The translations under genes were made by a program, and so were the position numbers. The notes beneath the pieces are model-generated. The model made no database searches. It was not told the origin of the DNA and saw only the letters and a program-made list of their open reading frames with translations. Of a stretch of DNA of 64,000 bases, positions 9,958 through 23,100 are shown piece after piece (position 1 is the stretch's first letter; each line of letters starts with the position of its first letter). Where the stretch lies: IMG/VR virus record IMGVR_UViG_3300036398_002324. One strand, given 5' to 3'. Source of the DNA: a virus.

Positions 9958-12900
9958 TGTCAGTAACAGATTTAAAAACTTCAATATTTGTTCAAAAACA
10001 AATTCCAGAATTTGTAAAGGATGAATATCCTAAATTTGTTTCGTTTCTCGAAGCTTACTATGATTTTTTAGAAGCTCGGGCAAACACAACAACTACATCA
10101 AATAATCTAGTTACTTCAGCAAAAACGCTCAGAAACATAAAAGATGTTGATGACTCAATTGAACAATTTGAAAAAAACTTTTATAATACATATGCTTCAT
10201 TGATACCATTAGAGGTGCAATCGAATAAAGCACTTCTCTTTAAACACCTTGCAAATCTATATCGTTCAAAGGGTAACGAAAACTCGTTTAAACTGTTATT
10301 TCAATTAATCTTTGGTCAAGATATTGATATTATCTATCCTAAAAATAACGTTCTTCGTGCATCGGCAAGCAAATGGAAAACTGACACAACATTAAGAATT
10401 AATCCTGATGTATACAGTCGTTATGTTGGTGATGGAACTAATACAATTTTTTATCTTGCTCAAAAAGTAGAATTAGATGAAGTAAATATTTTTGTTGATG
10501 ATGTTTTAAAAACAGCAGAAGTAGATTATTACATTAACATAGAATATAGAAGATTAGTTTTTATCAATCCACCAGCAAATGGTGCGATTATCACTGCAAA
10601 ATACATTGATTTTAATGTATCCCTTTTTGAGAACCGTAAGGTTACAGGCATTACTACTGGGTCAACTGCCATAGTAGAATCTGCAAACAAAAGAATCGTT
10701 GCAGATATTTTTATTCTCGGTTTACCAATCGAACTAATAGTCAATAATAATTCACTAAAAGGTTCTTTCCTAACTGGTGAGACAGTATCAATACCAATTA
10801 TAGATGATATTAATAATGTTACAATCGACCTCCGTGCAACATCTTTCTCTGTAATTAAAAAATTCAATATTATAAATTCTGGAAATAATTATAGTGTTGG
10901 TGATATTATATCGGTTTCTGGTGGTAATGCCACATCGAATGCTTTGGGTGTTGTTGCAAGTATTTCCTCTGGTACAATTGATAGTGGATTGATTCATCAT
11001 GGTGGGGCAGCATTTTCAATATCATCTCCAATATCAATTTCGGGTAATGATGCTTTTAGTACAATGTTGGTCGTTGTTGATGGTATCGACACTTCTGGTA
11101 CAAATGCTGCAAATACTTTAATTATTTCTCCTGACGTAATTTCAAATTTAAATTTTAATGTTGGTGAAGTTTATGTCAACACATCTAATTTTGGTGCTGT
11201 ATTTTCTAAATCCAATGTAAGTGCAGCTAATACTATTGGTGAAGCTTTAAATTTTATATCATTTCAAGTTGGTCCAATAACAAACGTTTCAGTTCTTTCA
11301 TCGACAGTTCCACTTAATCAAAAAGATTTTATTGTTTTTGATGCAGCTGGCGCAGATTTTGGTGCCAATACTCCAAAAAGATATTCAAAGAGTTTGAGGT
11401 CAATTGGTCGATATAAAATTATAGATGGTGGTTCAAATTATAAAATTGGCGATGAAATTGTATTTGGCACAAATCCTTTAGGAACTTATGGACAACATGC
11501 GGCAGCAACCGTTGGAAAAATTGCGGCTAATGGATATATCGAAAGAATTGATGCTGCAAATAGTAGAATTTCCGGTGTCGGTACAGTATCAGCCGCATGT
11601 AATGAAATCGTTGGAACTGGTACAGCGTTTGATTTAGAATTGGTTGTTGGAGATAGAATTGATATCAATAACGAATCAAAAGTTGTAGCATCAATTACTA
11701 ATAACACAATTCTCGTTGTTGATTCTGTTTACACATATTCAGCAACAGATAAACCGATTGGTGTTTATGGTCGTTGGCCATTAGGTGGTTATGGATATAC
11801 ACAAAATAATTTTCCATCAATAACCGTAAGCTCCACGACAGGTTCAAATGCGATTGTTCAAATCGACTCTTTAACTGGTGATAATGAACAAATATCCGCA
11901 CAAGGTTTTGGTGCTAATGGACAAATTACTTCGGTTAATGTTATTGACCCTGGTTCAGGATATGAATACATTCCATCAGTATCTGTTTTGGGTGGTGATG
12001 GAACAGCAGTAATTCGAGCCGAAATTGAACAATCTCTAATATCAACTTCTGGTCGTTGGACAACCAGCGATTCTATTCTTTCTTCTTTTGAAAGAAAAAT
12101 ACAAGGCGAAGATTATTACGTAGACTATTCTTATGTTCTTTCTTCACAGATAGAATTTAGTAAATATAAAGCAATACTAAAGCAACTTTTACACCCAGTC
12201 GGATTGGTTAATTATGCCTTCTATAATAAACAAAACGTTATTGAACTGACTGATGTTCTGGTTCAGGATGTAAAAGAAACAACTATTTCTGGTAGAGCTA
12301 ATGTTGGTAACGGAGGCGCAGTTGTTGTAGGAGACAATACTAAATTTAATATTGCTAATACGTTAGGAATAATAACACTAAATTCATTAATTGCTGTAAA
12401 TGGTGAAGTTAGAAAGATAAACACAATTGTTAGCAATACGAAAATCATTACAACTTCAAATATTTCAAATCTAACGATTGCTAATTCTGGTTCGGGTTAC
12501 TCAAATGGATACTTAGTATTCGCAAACGGCGGTGGTCAAGTAACAAGTTTGACGATAACCAATTCGGGTTCTGGATATGAAAATGGCACAGTAAAATTCT
12601 CTGGCACAGATGAAGCCATAGCTGCTGTTGCGAACGTAGAAGTATATGCATCAAATGGCTCTATTAGAACACTAACATTAATTTCCGGTGGTTTGTACGC
12701 AAACAAACCTATAGCATTACCTGATACGAATCCACATCGTGTATTATATGCAAACGGTATAACAATTACAAATCGTGGTCAAGGTTATTCAAATGGTTGG
12801 TTGTCATTTGCCGGTGGTAGCCCACTAAGAGATGCTAATGTTCAATTGATAGTTCATCCAAATACAGTCATCAACACAGTCATTGTTCATGATTCTGGAT

Positions 12901-14342
12901 TATATCAAATTGAACCAACTTCAGTAACACCAAATACGAATCCAAATGTTGTTATCTCAGAAATTACAGTAACAAGCAAAGGTAATGGACATTCAAATGG
13001 TGTTCTTACATTCTCTGGTGGAAATCCAACACGTGCGGCAACAGTTTCCGTTGAAACTTTCCCACCACAATCTGCACAAGTTGTTTCGATTGTTGCAAAT
13101 ACGAATGCACATTCAGTTAATGGTTATATTCTTTTTACTGGAACGGGAAAAGACAATATAAGTGCAAACGCAAGAATTTATGTTAATACAACTGGAGCAA
13201 TTGAAAATGTAACCGTTTTGAATAGAGGTTTATATGTTGGAACGCCAACAGCAACAGCAAATGTTGGTAATGCAATTTTCACATTAACAATGTTGCCATT
13301 AGATGGTCAAATTCGTAAAATTGTTATTGTTGACCCGGGTTTATATACGTCCACACCATCTGCAACTCTAAACACTTCACCAAATTCTGTTATTGATATT
13401 AGTTCAAACACAGCAACCAATGTTTATGTTGGTCGTAGTTTGGCTAATGGTTATTTAATATTTACTGGTGGTGACCCAGTTAGAGATGCGAATGCAACAT
13501 ATGAAGTGTATCCATCAAATGGCGTAATCAACATGCAATCGATTGTGATTACTGATGTTGGATTATATCGTCGTCCACCAACGTTTGTTAGACCAAATAT
13601 AACTCCGGTTTCTATTACACAAGTATTGCCATTGATTGGTGGTTCTGGATACGTAAACGGTAATGTAGTGTTTTCAACAACCCAAGCGACCGCAAATATT
13701 GTTGCTAATTGCGTTGTAACAGTAAATTCAACCGGTGCAATTGTTCGCACACGTATGAATGATGTTGGATTGTATGCAAATGGCGCTGATGTTATTGTAG
13801 TTGGTATTTTAGACCCTGCTACTGCAACACTGCAAACACCAACCACGGCAGCAAGTTTTTCAATAGGTTTTAATGCAAATACAACAAACGTAGCCAATCT
13901 TGTTGTCACAACATCCGTAAATGTTGGACAAACAGCGGTTGTTGGTGTAATTGCTAATAGCAACACTTATACGAACGCAACATTCTCATTAGTCGCTGTC
14001 GCAAATGCACAAACCAATGCAGTAATATCTGTTGGATTTGTTGAACAAAACACCGCAGCAAATGTTCTTGTTGAAGTATATTCTGGAAATGGTGCAATAA
14101 GAAAATTAACTACAAATAGCAGCAGTGTGATTAAAGGTGTTGGTGAATATTATTATACTCCAGATTCTACGCCAAATAGTGCAGGAAGTGGAGCGGTAAT
14201 TAAATTTAATCCCGTTTCGTGGTATCAAACTGCAAATTTAGAAACCGCTGTCGTAATTTCCACAATTTCTACAATTCTAGTAACTACCGAATCTGAAGCT
14301 ATTATTCAAACAGAATTCGAAAAAGAATTAATAATAGAATAA
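9957..14342 (+). CDS. gp7: Baseplate wedge initiator (gp7-like), extended with many xGxGY beta-repeat modules
   Basis: QIPEFVKDEYPKFVSFLEAYYDFLE, LYRSKG.E.SF.LLF, IQ..DYYVDYSYVL...LLHPVG; follows gp6 with TAATG overlap. Confidence 0.72.
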   Translation: MSVTDLKTSIFVQKQIPEFVKDEYPKFVSFLEAYYDFLEARANTTTTSNNLVTSAKTLRNIKDVDDSIEQFEKNFYNTYASLIPLEVQSNKALLFKHLANLYRSKGNENSFKLLFQLIFGQDIDIIYPKNNVLRASASKWKTDTTLRINPDVYSRYVGDGTNTIFYLAQKVELDEVNIFVDDVLKTAEVDYYINIEYRRLVFINPPANGAIITAKYIDFNVSLFENRKVTGITTGSTAIVESANKRIVADIFILGLPIELIVNNNSLKGSFLTGETVSIPIIDDINNVTIDLRATSFSVIKKFNIINSGNNYSVGDIISVSGGNATSNALGVVASISSGTIDSGLIHHGGAAFSISSPISISGNDAFSTMLVVVDGIDTSGTNAANTLIISPDVISNLNFNVGEVYVNTSNFGAVFSKSNVSAANTIGEALNFISFQVGPITNVSVLSSTVPLNQKDFIVFDAAGADFGANTPKRYSKSLRSIGRYKIIDGGSNYKIGDEIVFGTNPLGTYGQHAAATVGKIAANGYIERIDAANSRISGVGTVSAACNEIVGTGTAFDLELVVGDRIDINNESKVVASITNNTILVVDSVYTYSATDKPIGVYGRWPLGGYGYTQNNFPSITVSSTTGSNAIVQIDSLTGDNEQISAQGFGANGQITSVNVIDPGSGYEYIPSVSVLGGDGTAVIRAEIEQSLISTSGRWTTSDSILSSFERKIQGEDYYVDYSYVLSSQIEFSKYKAILKQLLHPVGLVNYAFYNKQNVIELTDVLVQDVKETTISGRANVGNGGAVVVGDNTKFNIANTLGIITLNSLIAVNGEVRKINTIVSNTKIITTSNISNLTIANSGSGYSNGYLVFANGGGQVTSLTITNSGSGYENGTVKFSGTDEAIAAVANVEVYASNGSIRTLTLISGGLYANKPIALPDTNPHRVLYANGITITNRGQGYSNGWLSFAGGSPLRDANVQLIVHPNTVINTVIVHDSGLYQIEPTSVTPNTNPNVVISEITVTSKGNGHSNGVLTFSGGNPTRAATVSVETFPPQSAQVVSIVANTNAHSVNGYILFTGTGKDNISANARIYVNTTGAIENVTVLNRGLYVGTPTATANVGNAIFTLTMLPLDGQIRKIVIVDPGLYTSTPSATLNTSPNSVIDISSNTATNVYVGRSLANGYLIFTGGDPVRDANATYEVYPSNGVINMQSIVITDVGLYRRPPTFVRPNITPVSITQVLPLIGGSGYVNGNVVFSTTQATANIVANCVVTVNSTGAIVRTRMNDVGLYANGADVIVVGILDPATATLQTPTTAASFSIGFNANTTNVANLVVTTSVNVGQTAVVGVIANSNTYTNATFSLVAVANAQTNAVISVGFVEQNTAANVLVEVYSGNGAIRKLTTNSSSVIKGVGEYYYTPDSTPNSAGSGAVIKFNPVSWYQTANLETAVVISTISTILVTTESEAIIQTEFEKELIIE

Positions 14343-14345
14343 ATA
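14339..14345 (+). promoter_or_regulatory. Putative late promoter (ATAAATA)
   Basis: Overlaps the gp7 stop, upstream of RBS AGGA and the ATG at 14369. Confidence 0.45.
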
Positions 14346-14368
14346 CAAAGTAAATTTAGGAATTAAAA

Positions 14369-15544
14369 ATGTCAAAAATTAAGTTATCAGAATTAACTGA
14401 ATTAACATCACCATCGTCTAATACGAAAAATACATTTTTTCTAGTGACGGATACCGAATCTGGTATTCCTGTTTCTAAAAAGATGTCCGCTTTTACATTA
14501 GATACTTTGTTAGACACAACACAAGGTCAAGCAAACTTGGCGTTCAATCATGCAAATTCTGGTTTCATTCAAGCCAATTCTGCATACAGGCACGTAAATT
14601 CTGCTTTTAATCACGCAAATTCTGGTTTCATTCAAGCCAATTCGGCATTTAATTTTGCCAATGGTGCTGCAATTGCAGCCAACACACCATCACATGTAGC
14701 AAACTCTGCTGCCATATATGCTAATGGAGCATTCGCTGCTGCTAACGCAGCGTCTGCAACTGATGCAACACAAAACAATAATATTGTTGCAGCATTTGCA
14801 CACGCTAATTCAGCATTTCTTGCTGCAAATACTCCATCACATGTGGCAAATTCTGCTGCAATCTACGCCAATGGTGCTTTCATTGCTGCAAATACTCCAT
14901 CACATGTGGCAAATTCTGCTGCAATCTATGCTAACGGAGCATTCAATGCAGCAAACGTAGAAAGTGGAATTAATTTAACACAAAATAACAGTATAAGTGC
15001 GGTTTTCATACATGCCAATTCATCTTTTGATTTTGCAAATGGTGTTTCGATTGCTGCAAACACACCATCATATACAGCAAACTCTTCGGGTTCTTATGCA
15101 AACTCAGCATTTATACATGCAAATTCTGCTTTTGATGTTGCGAATGCTGCAAGCACAACCAACATAACACAAAATAATAATATTTCAGCAGCATTCGCAC
15201 ACGCAAACGCAGCTTTTGACGTAGCCAATACAAACACAAACGTTGTCGCTGTGTATGAACAAGCAAATGCCGCTTTTATTACAGCAAACAGTGGATTTAT
15301 ACAAGCCAATGCATCATTCGACCATGCCAATTCTGGATTTATACAAGCCAATGCATCATTTGACCATGCCAATTCTGGATTTATTCATGCCAATTCTGCG
15401 TTTGATGCTGCAAATACGGCGGATGATTATAGCGCAGCAAATACTCAACTATGGGCAAATCCCGCACCCGTAACTGTTCAGACAGCAATTGACCGTCTTG
15501 TAGCTGTTGTCTTTGCGTTAAATAGTAACACTCCAATACCATAA
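14369..15544 (+). CDS. Fibre-like virion protein made mostly of ANxAF heptad repeats
   Basis: MSKIKLSELTEL N-terminus, then a long run of HANSAF/ANTPSHVANSAAIYANGAF repeats. Confidence 0.75.
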   Translation: MSKIKLSELTELTSPSSNTKNTFFLVTDTESGIPVSKKMSAFTLDTLLDTTQGQANLAFNHANSGFIQANSAYRHVNSAFNHANSGFIQANSAFNFANGAAIAANTPSHVANSAAIYANGAFAAANAASATDATQNNNIVAAFAHANSAFLAANTPSHVANSAAIYANGAFIAANTPSHVANSAAIYANGAFNAANVESGINLTQNNSISAVFIHANSSFDFANGVSIAANTPSYTANSSGSYANSAFIHANSAFDVANAASTTNITQNNNISAAFAHANAAFDVANTNTNVVAVYEQANAAFITANSGFIQANASFDHANSGFIQANASFDHANSGFIHANSAFDAANTADDYSAANTQLWANPAPVTVQTAIDRLVAVVFALNSNTPIP

Positions 15545-15556
15545 TAGATAATAATC

Positions 15557-17128
15557 ATGTCATCAGTAACATCTAAAAAACTACCTTACATAGCATCGAT
15601 TCAATTTAGAGAGTCGTTTTATGAACCATCTCCTGAAGTTGGTTATGTTTACATTGGAAGACCTCTTGCATACACAGATGAAAATTTTCCCTCACCAGCT
15701 ATTGATAGTATCGAAGAAGAGAAGTTGGTTTGGGAGAATATGATTGGGGCTAAAAAAATCACAGGAAATGACGTAGAACTTGTCATACCTTTGGTCAGTT
15801 GGACAGCTAACACAAAATATAAACAATATGATGATTTGATTGATTTGGAAGATTTGATAACTGGTGACATTTCTTTAAATGTAAAACCAATGTATGTTTA
15901 CACTTCTGAACGTAATGTTTATAAGTGTTTATCAAATAATGCATCGGCAAATTCTGTTGTGGAACCAACGGGTGACTATATTTCATCAAACGGCAACATA
16001 TCAACATCCGATGGTTTCATTTGGAAATATATGTTCAATGTCAGACCATCCAATAAATTCTTGACGAATGAGTGGATTCCAGTGCCAATCGGCACAAATC
16101 AATTAGATTATGGTGTTAGTAGTACAGGTGTTATCGATGGAGAACTTACAACAATAGTTGTTACAAGTAGTGGATTAGGTTTTTATGAAAATAATGTTTC
16201 AGTTATTCCTACTTTCTCTTCCGGTTGTACAGTATTAACACTAGCAAACACTACAAATGTTGCAGCTAATATGTCAGTTTCTGGTGTTGGTATAGTTCCA
16301 GGAACATATATCAGAAATATTGACGTACCAAATAACAATATAGCTTTATCATTCGCAACCAGTGGTTCGGGTGGTGGTAACACAACAGCAAATCAAATTG
16401 CACTAACCACAAGAATTTATATTGATGGTGATGGTATTGGTGCGGTTGCTAGGTCAACAATCAATTCGGCTGGATATTTGACAAAGGTTACAGTTACTAC
16501 TATTGGAACTGGATATTCGAGAGCTAATGCATTTGTATATGGAACAGGTTCAGGAGCAACGTTACGTGTTATTCGTGATATGAAGTATGGTCATGCAAGA
16601 AATCCAGCAAAAGAATTGGGTGCAAATAGTGTGATGATTGTTTCCAGAATGGGTGAAATTGATTCAACTGAAAATGGAAAAATTCCAGCAAATACATCAT
16701 TTAGGCAGTATGGTGTTCTAGTTAATCCACATAAATATGGAAATTCTCAAGCAGTTTCAGCAACATCGGCTAATGCTGTAATATCACAAGCAACATCTTT
16801 GATTATGACAACGGGTTCAAATTATACTATTGGTGAATTTGTTTATCAAGGTTTTGCTAATGACACATCAGCATCTTCAACCACTGCATATGGGTTTGTT
16901 TTGGATCAAACCGCAACACAAGTAAGACTGACTAATGTAAGAGGAATTTTTAAAACTGGTTTTCCTTTGCGTGGAACGAGTTCTGGTATAGCAGATCGTT
17001 TGGTTATTTCAGTACAAAATCCAGAATTTCAACCATATTCTGGTGATGTTATATACACTGAGAATGCATTCAAAACGCAAAGATCAGAAGGTCAAGCGGA
17101 AAATATAAAACTTATTGTAAGATTTTAA
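15557..17128 (+). CDS. gp8: Baseplate wedge subunit
   Basis: YVYIGR, WENMIGAKKI, VYKCLSNN...S.VEPTG, DGFIWKYMF, SGDVIYTEN...QR...QAENIKLIVRF. Confidence 0.85.
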   Translation: MSSVTSKKLPYIASIQFRESFYEPSPEVGYVYIGRPLAYTDENFPSPAIDSIEEEKLVWENMIGAKKITGNDVELVIPLVSWTANTKYKQYDDLIDLEDLITGDISLNVKPMYVYTSERNVYKCLSNNASANSVVEPTGDYISSNGNISTSDGFIWKYMFNVRPSNKFLTNEWIPVPIGTNQLDYGVSSTGVIDGELTTIVVTSSGLGFYENNVSVIPTFSSGCTVLTLANTTNVAANMSVSGVGIVPGTYIRNIDVPNNNIALSFATSGSGGGNTTANQIALTTRIYIDGDGIGAVARSTINSAGYLTKVTVTTIGTGYSRANAFVYGTGSGATLRVIRDMKYGHARNPAKELGANSVMIVSRMGEIDSTENGKIPANTSFRQYGVLVNPHKYGNSQAVSATSANAVISQATSLIMTTGSNYTIGEFVYQGFANDTSASSTTAYGFVLDQTATQVRLTNVRGIFKTGFPLRGTSSGIADRLVISVQNPEFQPYSGDVIYTENAFKTQRSEGQAENIKLIVRF

Positions 17129-17138
17129 AGGTTAATAA

Positions 17139-20100
17139 ATGGCACTAATTACTAATTTCAATCAAGACCCGTACTACGACGATTTTGACGACGACAAAAA
17201 TTATTATAGGGTTTTGTTTAAACCAGGAAATGCTGTACAGGCACGTGAATTAACGCAGTTACAGACTAACCTACAAGATCAAATTAAAAAATTTGGTGAC
17301 CATATTTTCAAAACCGGTTCTATTGTTACTGGTGGTCAGATTACTATTCAGAATACAACTTATTTGAATATATCTTCAACATATTCTGGTCAAGATATTT
17401 CTTATCTGAATTTTGATAAACAAATAATTATTAACACCGCAAACACAAAACGTGCATACGTTTTAAAGTCGTATCCTGCGTCTGTTTCAGACAATCAGCC
17501 AATAACATTTATTATTAATCAAATGTATGGTGACCCATTTACTTCAGACGAATCATTCTATACTTCAAACAATGATGTATCATCAATAGTCTATTATGCA
17601 AATACAGCTTCTTCAAATGTAACTGGCAACTGCCAATCATTTTCTGTCAACGAAGGTGTCTTCTATTATGATGGCTTTTTTGTTAAGACTCAACCACAAA
17701 CTGTAGCCATAAACAAATATAGTCTACAAGGAAGTGCTATTGTTGGTTTTAACGTAAATGAGGATTTAATTGATTACTCTGAAGATACAACACTTTTAGA
17801 CCCAGCACAGGGCTCTTCAAATTTTCAAGCTCCGGGTGCAGACCGTTACAAAATTGAAATGGTTTTGGATACAAGAAGCGTTGATAGCACAGATTTAAAA
17901 CAGTTTATTGAATTAGGAACTGTTCAAGATGGTGTTCCTTTAAAAGTTGCTCAAACTCCAATTTATGCGGCAATTGGTGATGAACTTGCCCGTAGAACAG
18001 AAGATGAGTCTGGTGATTACGTTATTAAAAATTTTGCAATAGAACTAAATGACAGCGCCGCAAATTCAGCCTATTCCAATATTTCTTTGGGTTCTGGTAA
18101 AGCCTACATTAAAGGTTATGAATTTAGAAGAGATGCGCCGACAATTATAACGGTTCCAAAACCAAGAACAACAGAATCTGTTTCGAATCGTAGAATTGAA
18201 GTTGATTATGGCTATTATATTTTTGCGAATAGTTTGTTTGGTAATTTTGCAACAAATCAATATAGTAATGTTGAACTATCTCTATTGAATACTGGACAAG
18301 CCAATGCTTATTTGAACGCAGGAAATACTGCAATATATTCCAATACCGTAATTGGAAATACAAAAGTCAAACTAGTTTCTTTCTATTCGGTTTCAGCTAA
18401 TACTTTAGAGAGTAATAACTACATTTATAAAGTGTTCTTAACTGATATCAACACACGTTCGATTGGTGCAAATGGTGGATATGGTGTAAATGCTACTAGT
18501 GGTTCTGCTACTACAATTGTATTACCGAGTGGATATGCAGCTAATAATGATGTTTATAAGGGACTATCAATTAGAATAGTTGGTGGTGCACCATTCAATA
18601 CGCCTAGTGATAATACTGCAAGAATTATTACAGATTATGTTGGTTCAACTTTAACTGCTACAGTTTCTCCACCATTTAGTAGTGATGCTGCTACCGCTGC
18701 GGCAGCAGGTAATTTTAGATTTGTTATTGACCCAAAATTTGTTGATGTTGAATCTTTGGTTACTCGTAGTGCCTCTGGTTTAAGAATCGCATCTGCAAAC
18801 GTTTCTCCACTCTCAAAAGATAGAAGCTATGGTTCTAGTGCAACTTCAATTACACAATCGAAATTATTTCAACCTACTATAATTAATGAATCTAAACGTG
18901 AACCATTACTAATTAAGATTGGTGAAAATAATATTGCCGATAATACGATTCGTGATTTTTCATATTCTTATAGAAGACTTTATCAAACTGTAACATTTAC
19001 ATCTGGCGTGTCTCAGTCTCTATCTTTAGGAACAGGAGAAACTTTACAGAGTGCTGCCACATCTTCATCCAAACAAGAATATTATCAAATCGTTGTAACA
19101 AATCAGGGAACTGGTATTCATGTTAAAGGAAAAACTGTTCCGGCGCAACAATTTAGCGTTGATACAGCATCACGTACTATTAGTGTTGATGGTGGAGAAA
19201 ATATGACGGCAAACATTTATGCTGTTGTAAATGCATCAAATCCAACATCAAAAACAAAAACATTTATTCCTGCAAACACAAAACTTGTCGACCCTTCTTG
19301 GGGTCTTGGTTTAGGAACTTATATTAGCGTTTTTGGTACTAATGCTTCAGGTAATACCAATGCAAATATTGCACCATATGATGGACAAACAATCATTAAT
19401 CAAAATATTGTTGAAAGAAAACCTGGTGCACCACAATATTTGTATGTAACAGATGTTCATTCTATTAATGCTATTTTTGATTTAAATGGCTCAAACGTTT
19501 CAACATCCGTTTACAATTCTCTGACAGAGGCATCTAATGTAACAAGTCGTTATGTATTGAATACTGGCCAAAAAGATTCTTATTATGAATGGGCATCAAT
19601 TACTTTAAAACCTGGTCAAAATGCTCCAATTGGACCTCTTGTTGTTCGTTATAACAGATTCACATCAAACGGCTCAGGATATTTTGATATTGATTCATAC
19701 ACAAGATTGGGATCACAAGAGAAGGGTGGACAAGGTCTTGATTATGGATTGGTTCCTATTTTCACTACACAAGATGGAGCGAAAATACCTTTAAAAGATT
19801 ATCTAGATTTTAGACCAGTTCGTGCTGATGCTACTTCAACATATAGAGCAAATAACTTTGTATTGAATGTTGATGAAGCCGTTCTTGGTCCACAGATTGC
19901 CGAGCCAGGATTAGATATTATTACTGATTATGAATATTACTTACCAAGAATTGATAGGGTTGTCTTAAATAAGAGCAGAGAGTTTCAGGTATTACAGGGT
20001 ATACCTGCGATTAATCCTGTGGTTCCTATAGAACCAACCGATTCTATGACATTGTATGTTTTGTCATATCCACCATACACAACATTTACAAATTCGGCTA

Positions 20101-23100
20101 CAATTCAGACATTCAATCATAGACGCTATACAATGAGAGATATTGCGAGATTGGACAAAAGAATTTCGAATCTTGAATTGTATACATCACTATCAATTGC
20201 CGAATTAGCCACAATTAATAAGAATGATAGAACGGTTCGTGATTCTGTTGGTTTATCAAGACCAAAAAATGGAGTATTTGTTGATTCATTTGTTGACAAA
20301 GCTGCCGCTGCAATCACACAGCCAGATTTTGATGCTGCAATCGATATTGTATCTCGTTTGTGTAGAGGTTCATTCAATTTAAATTCTACAACAATATTCT
20401 CAAACAATTCTATTTCAAATCAAAATATTGAAATTAATGGTCCATTGTTGCTGTTGTCTTCTTCAAACACTACGTTTGTTTCGCAAAATAGAGCATCGAA
20501 GACGATGAACATTAATCCGTTCAACATTGTTAATTATATTGGAACAGTTAAGCTTGATCCACCATCTGATGTTTGGCGCTCAGAAACTCGTTTAGAATCT
20601 CAAAACATTGATCTTTCTGGTGGCCAAGAAGCAGCAGATGCATGGTCAGCAATGGAGTTTACATCGTATGGTTATTGGAATACAGAGGTTATTGGTGTTT
20701 CAAAACAAGTATTAGATAAATCAACTAAAATTGATGTTACAAGCGCATCTGGTAAATATGCAGCAGAGGCTAGTGCCCAGTTTGAAAAAACGGGAAAAGC
20801 GTCATCTGTTGCGGGTGGAACAGGAGCTGCGATTAAAGGTGATGTTGATTATATCACAACTACAAACTATCTAGAAACACAAACTTTAGAAAAAACTCGT
20901 ACCAATCTAGTTACAACAATTACACCAAAACAATTAACAGAATCTTTTGGAGACCGTTTAGTTGATGTTAGTGTTGTACAATACATGAGAGAAAAGAATA
21001 TTTTAATTCTTGGTACAAAGTTTAAACCATTTACAACACTAAATGCATTCTTTGATAACGTAAACGTAAACGATAATATTGCAAAAATAAATCGTTTTGA
21101 AATGACTCAAAATAAATTAAAATATAAAACAACAATTGCTGATGCTGAAACTGTAACTTTTTATAAAGTATCCGATACAAGTGGTTTAAAAGATACTGAT
21201 ATACAGATTGGTACTGGTAAAGTTGTTTTAACTTCTAGCAAAAATGCATTTATTGTGAGCATCACTCCAGAACCAACATTCGGTTCATGGATACAGTGTA
21301 CACCAGATGGCATTTGGATTAAAGGTGATGTTACTGGTCAAGTTTATAGAACCACAAATTGGATTCATCAATCAGGTATCGCACGTGCTGGTGGCGCAAC
21401 AACAATTTCACTTGCACACAGTGTGGGTGGTGCATCAAATGCAACAGATTATGTCGGCAAGACAATTCGTATTATTGCTGGAAAAGGTAAAGGACAATCT
21501 GCAACAATTAGCAATTATACCTTTGGCACTGGTGTTGCAGATATTGATGGAACTTGGAAAACAAATCCAGATTCAACTTCTGTTTATACTATTGGAACAC
21601 TAGAAACAACTAAAGAAGGTGCATGTGCGGCAGTGTTCTTTATGCCTGCTGATGTTTACAGAACAGGTGAAAAAGTTCTTCGTTTGATTGATGACGAGTT
21701 TAACAATATCGAAAATTCAAGAACCAACGGCAATGCTAAGTTCTATTCACAGGGTCAAGTTGATACTAAACAAGAACAAATTGTTACAGTTTTTGTACCA
21801 ACATCAACACAAACTTCTGTTACGGAACAAACTACAGATACGGTAACTTCGGTAAAATCAGTAACTAATACAACAACAAAAAATAACGTTGTCATTGGTT
21901 ATTATGACCCACTTGCACAGACATTTTTAATTAATCCAAATCAATATCCACAAGGTATTGTGATTGATTCTGTGCGTGTTTGTTTCAAAACAAAAGATGT
22001 GAGTGAACCTGTTACATGTCAGATTCGACCAGTTAATAATGGTTACCCATCATCTGCTGTGATTTACCCATATGCTGAAAAAACATTAACTCCAGACGAA
22101 GTTAATATAACAGATATTCCAGATTTGGGTGATGCAAACAAATATACAGAATTTAAATTTGATGTACCCGTTCTCTTGTTACCTGGAGAGCATTCGTTTG
22201 TTCTGGTTTCAAATAGTAATGGTTATGAATGTTATGTTGCACAGATTGGTGGTACAGACATCCGTACCAGCGTAAAAATCTCTGAACAACCATATACGGG
22301 TTCACTATTCTTATCTCAAAATGGTTCTACATGGACCGCAGACCAAGAATTGGATATCATGTTCAGTATTCAAAAAAGAGTATTCTCACAAAATTCTGGA
22401 CAAGCATTCTTTGAAGCTGACCTTTCTGGATATTCTTCTAATACAGTATTCGATACATTGAATTTTATGTCTACTGATGCAACTGTATTGAATACAAATA
22501 TTTCTTATGACTTTATTGCTCAACCAGAGTCTGGAGATTCTCAACCATTTTTACCAATTATTCCTAATTTGGATTATGATTGTGTTGATGGATATGGCAG
22601 AAGAATTCTGAGTAAAACTATTGGAAACACATCATTCCAATTAAGAGCAACACTTTCAACAACAAATTCAGATATTTCTCCTATGATTGATATCTCTCGT
22701 TTGAATTTGTTGACTATTGAAAATAAGATTAACAATATGGAATTGCAAAACACAGGATTCATTATTGTAAATCAAGGCTCTGGATACACAACGAATGGCA
22801 GTGTTATCTTTAGTTATCCAGATGGTGCCGTTGGTCAAGGTGCGGGTGGTGCTGCAAGAGCAGTAACTGATGGAGATAAAATTACTCGAATTGAATTAAC
22901 AAATGCTGGAACTGGATATTTGACTTCTCCTATATTACAAATTACTGGTGGAGGTGGTTCTGGTGCAACGGCTGTTTATAATGGTGAAGATAAATCTTCT
23001 GGTGGTAATTCAAACATTCGTTATATTACCAAGCGTGTGAAACTTGCTTCTGGTTTTGAAGCGGGTGATTTGCGTGTTTACATGGATGTCTATCGTCCAC

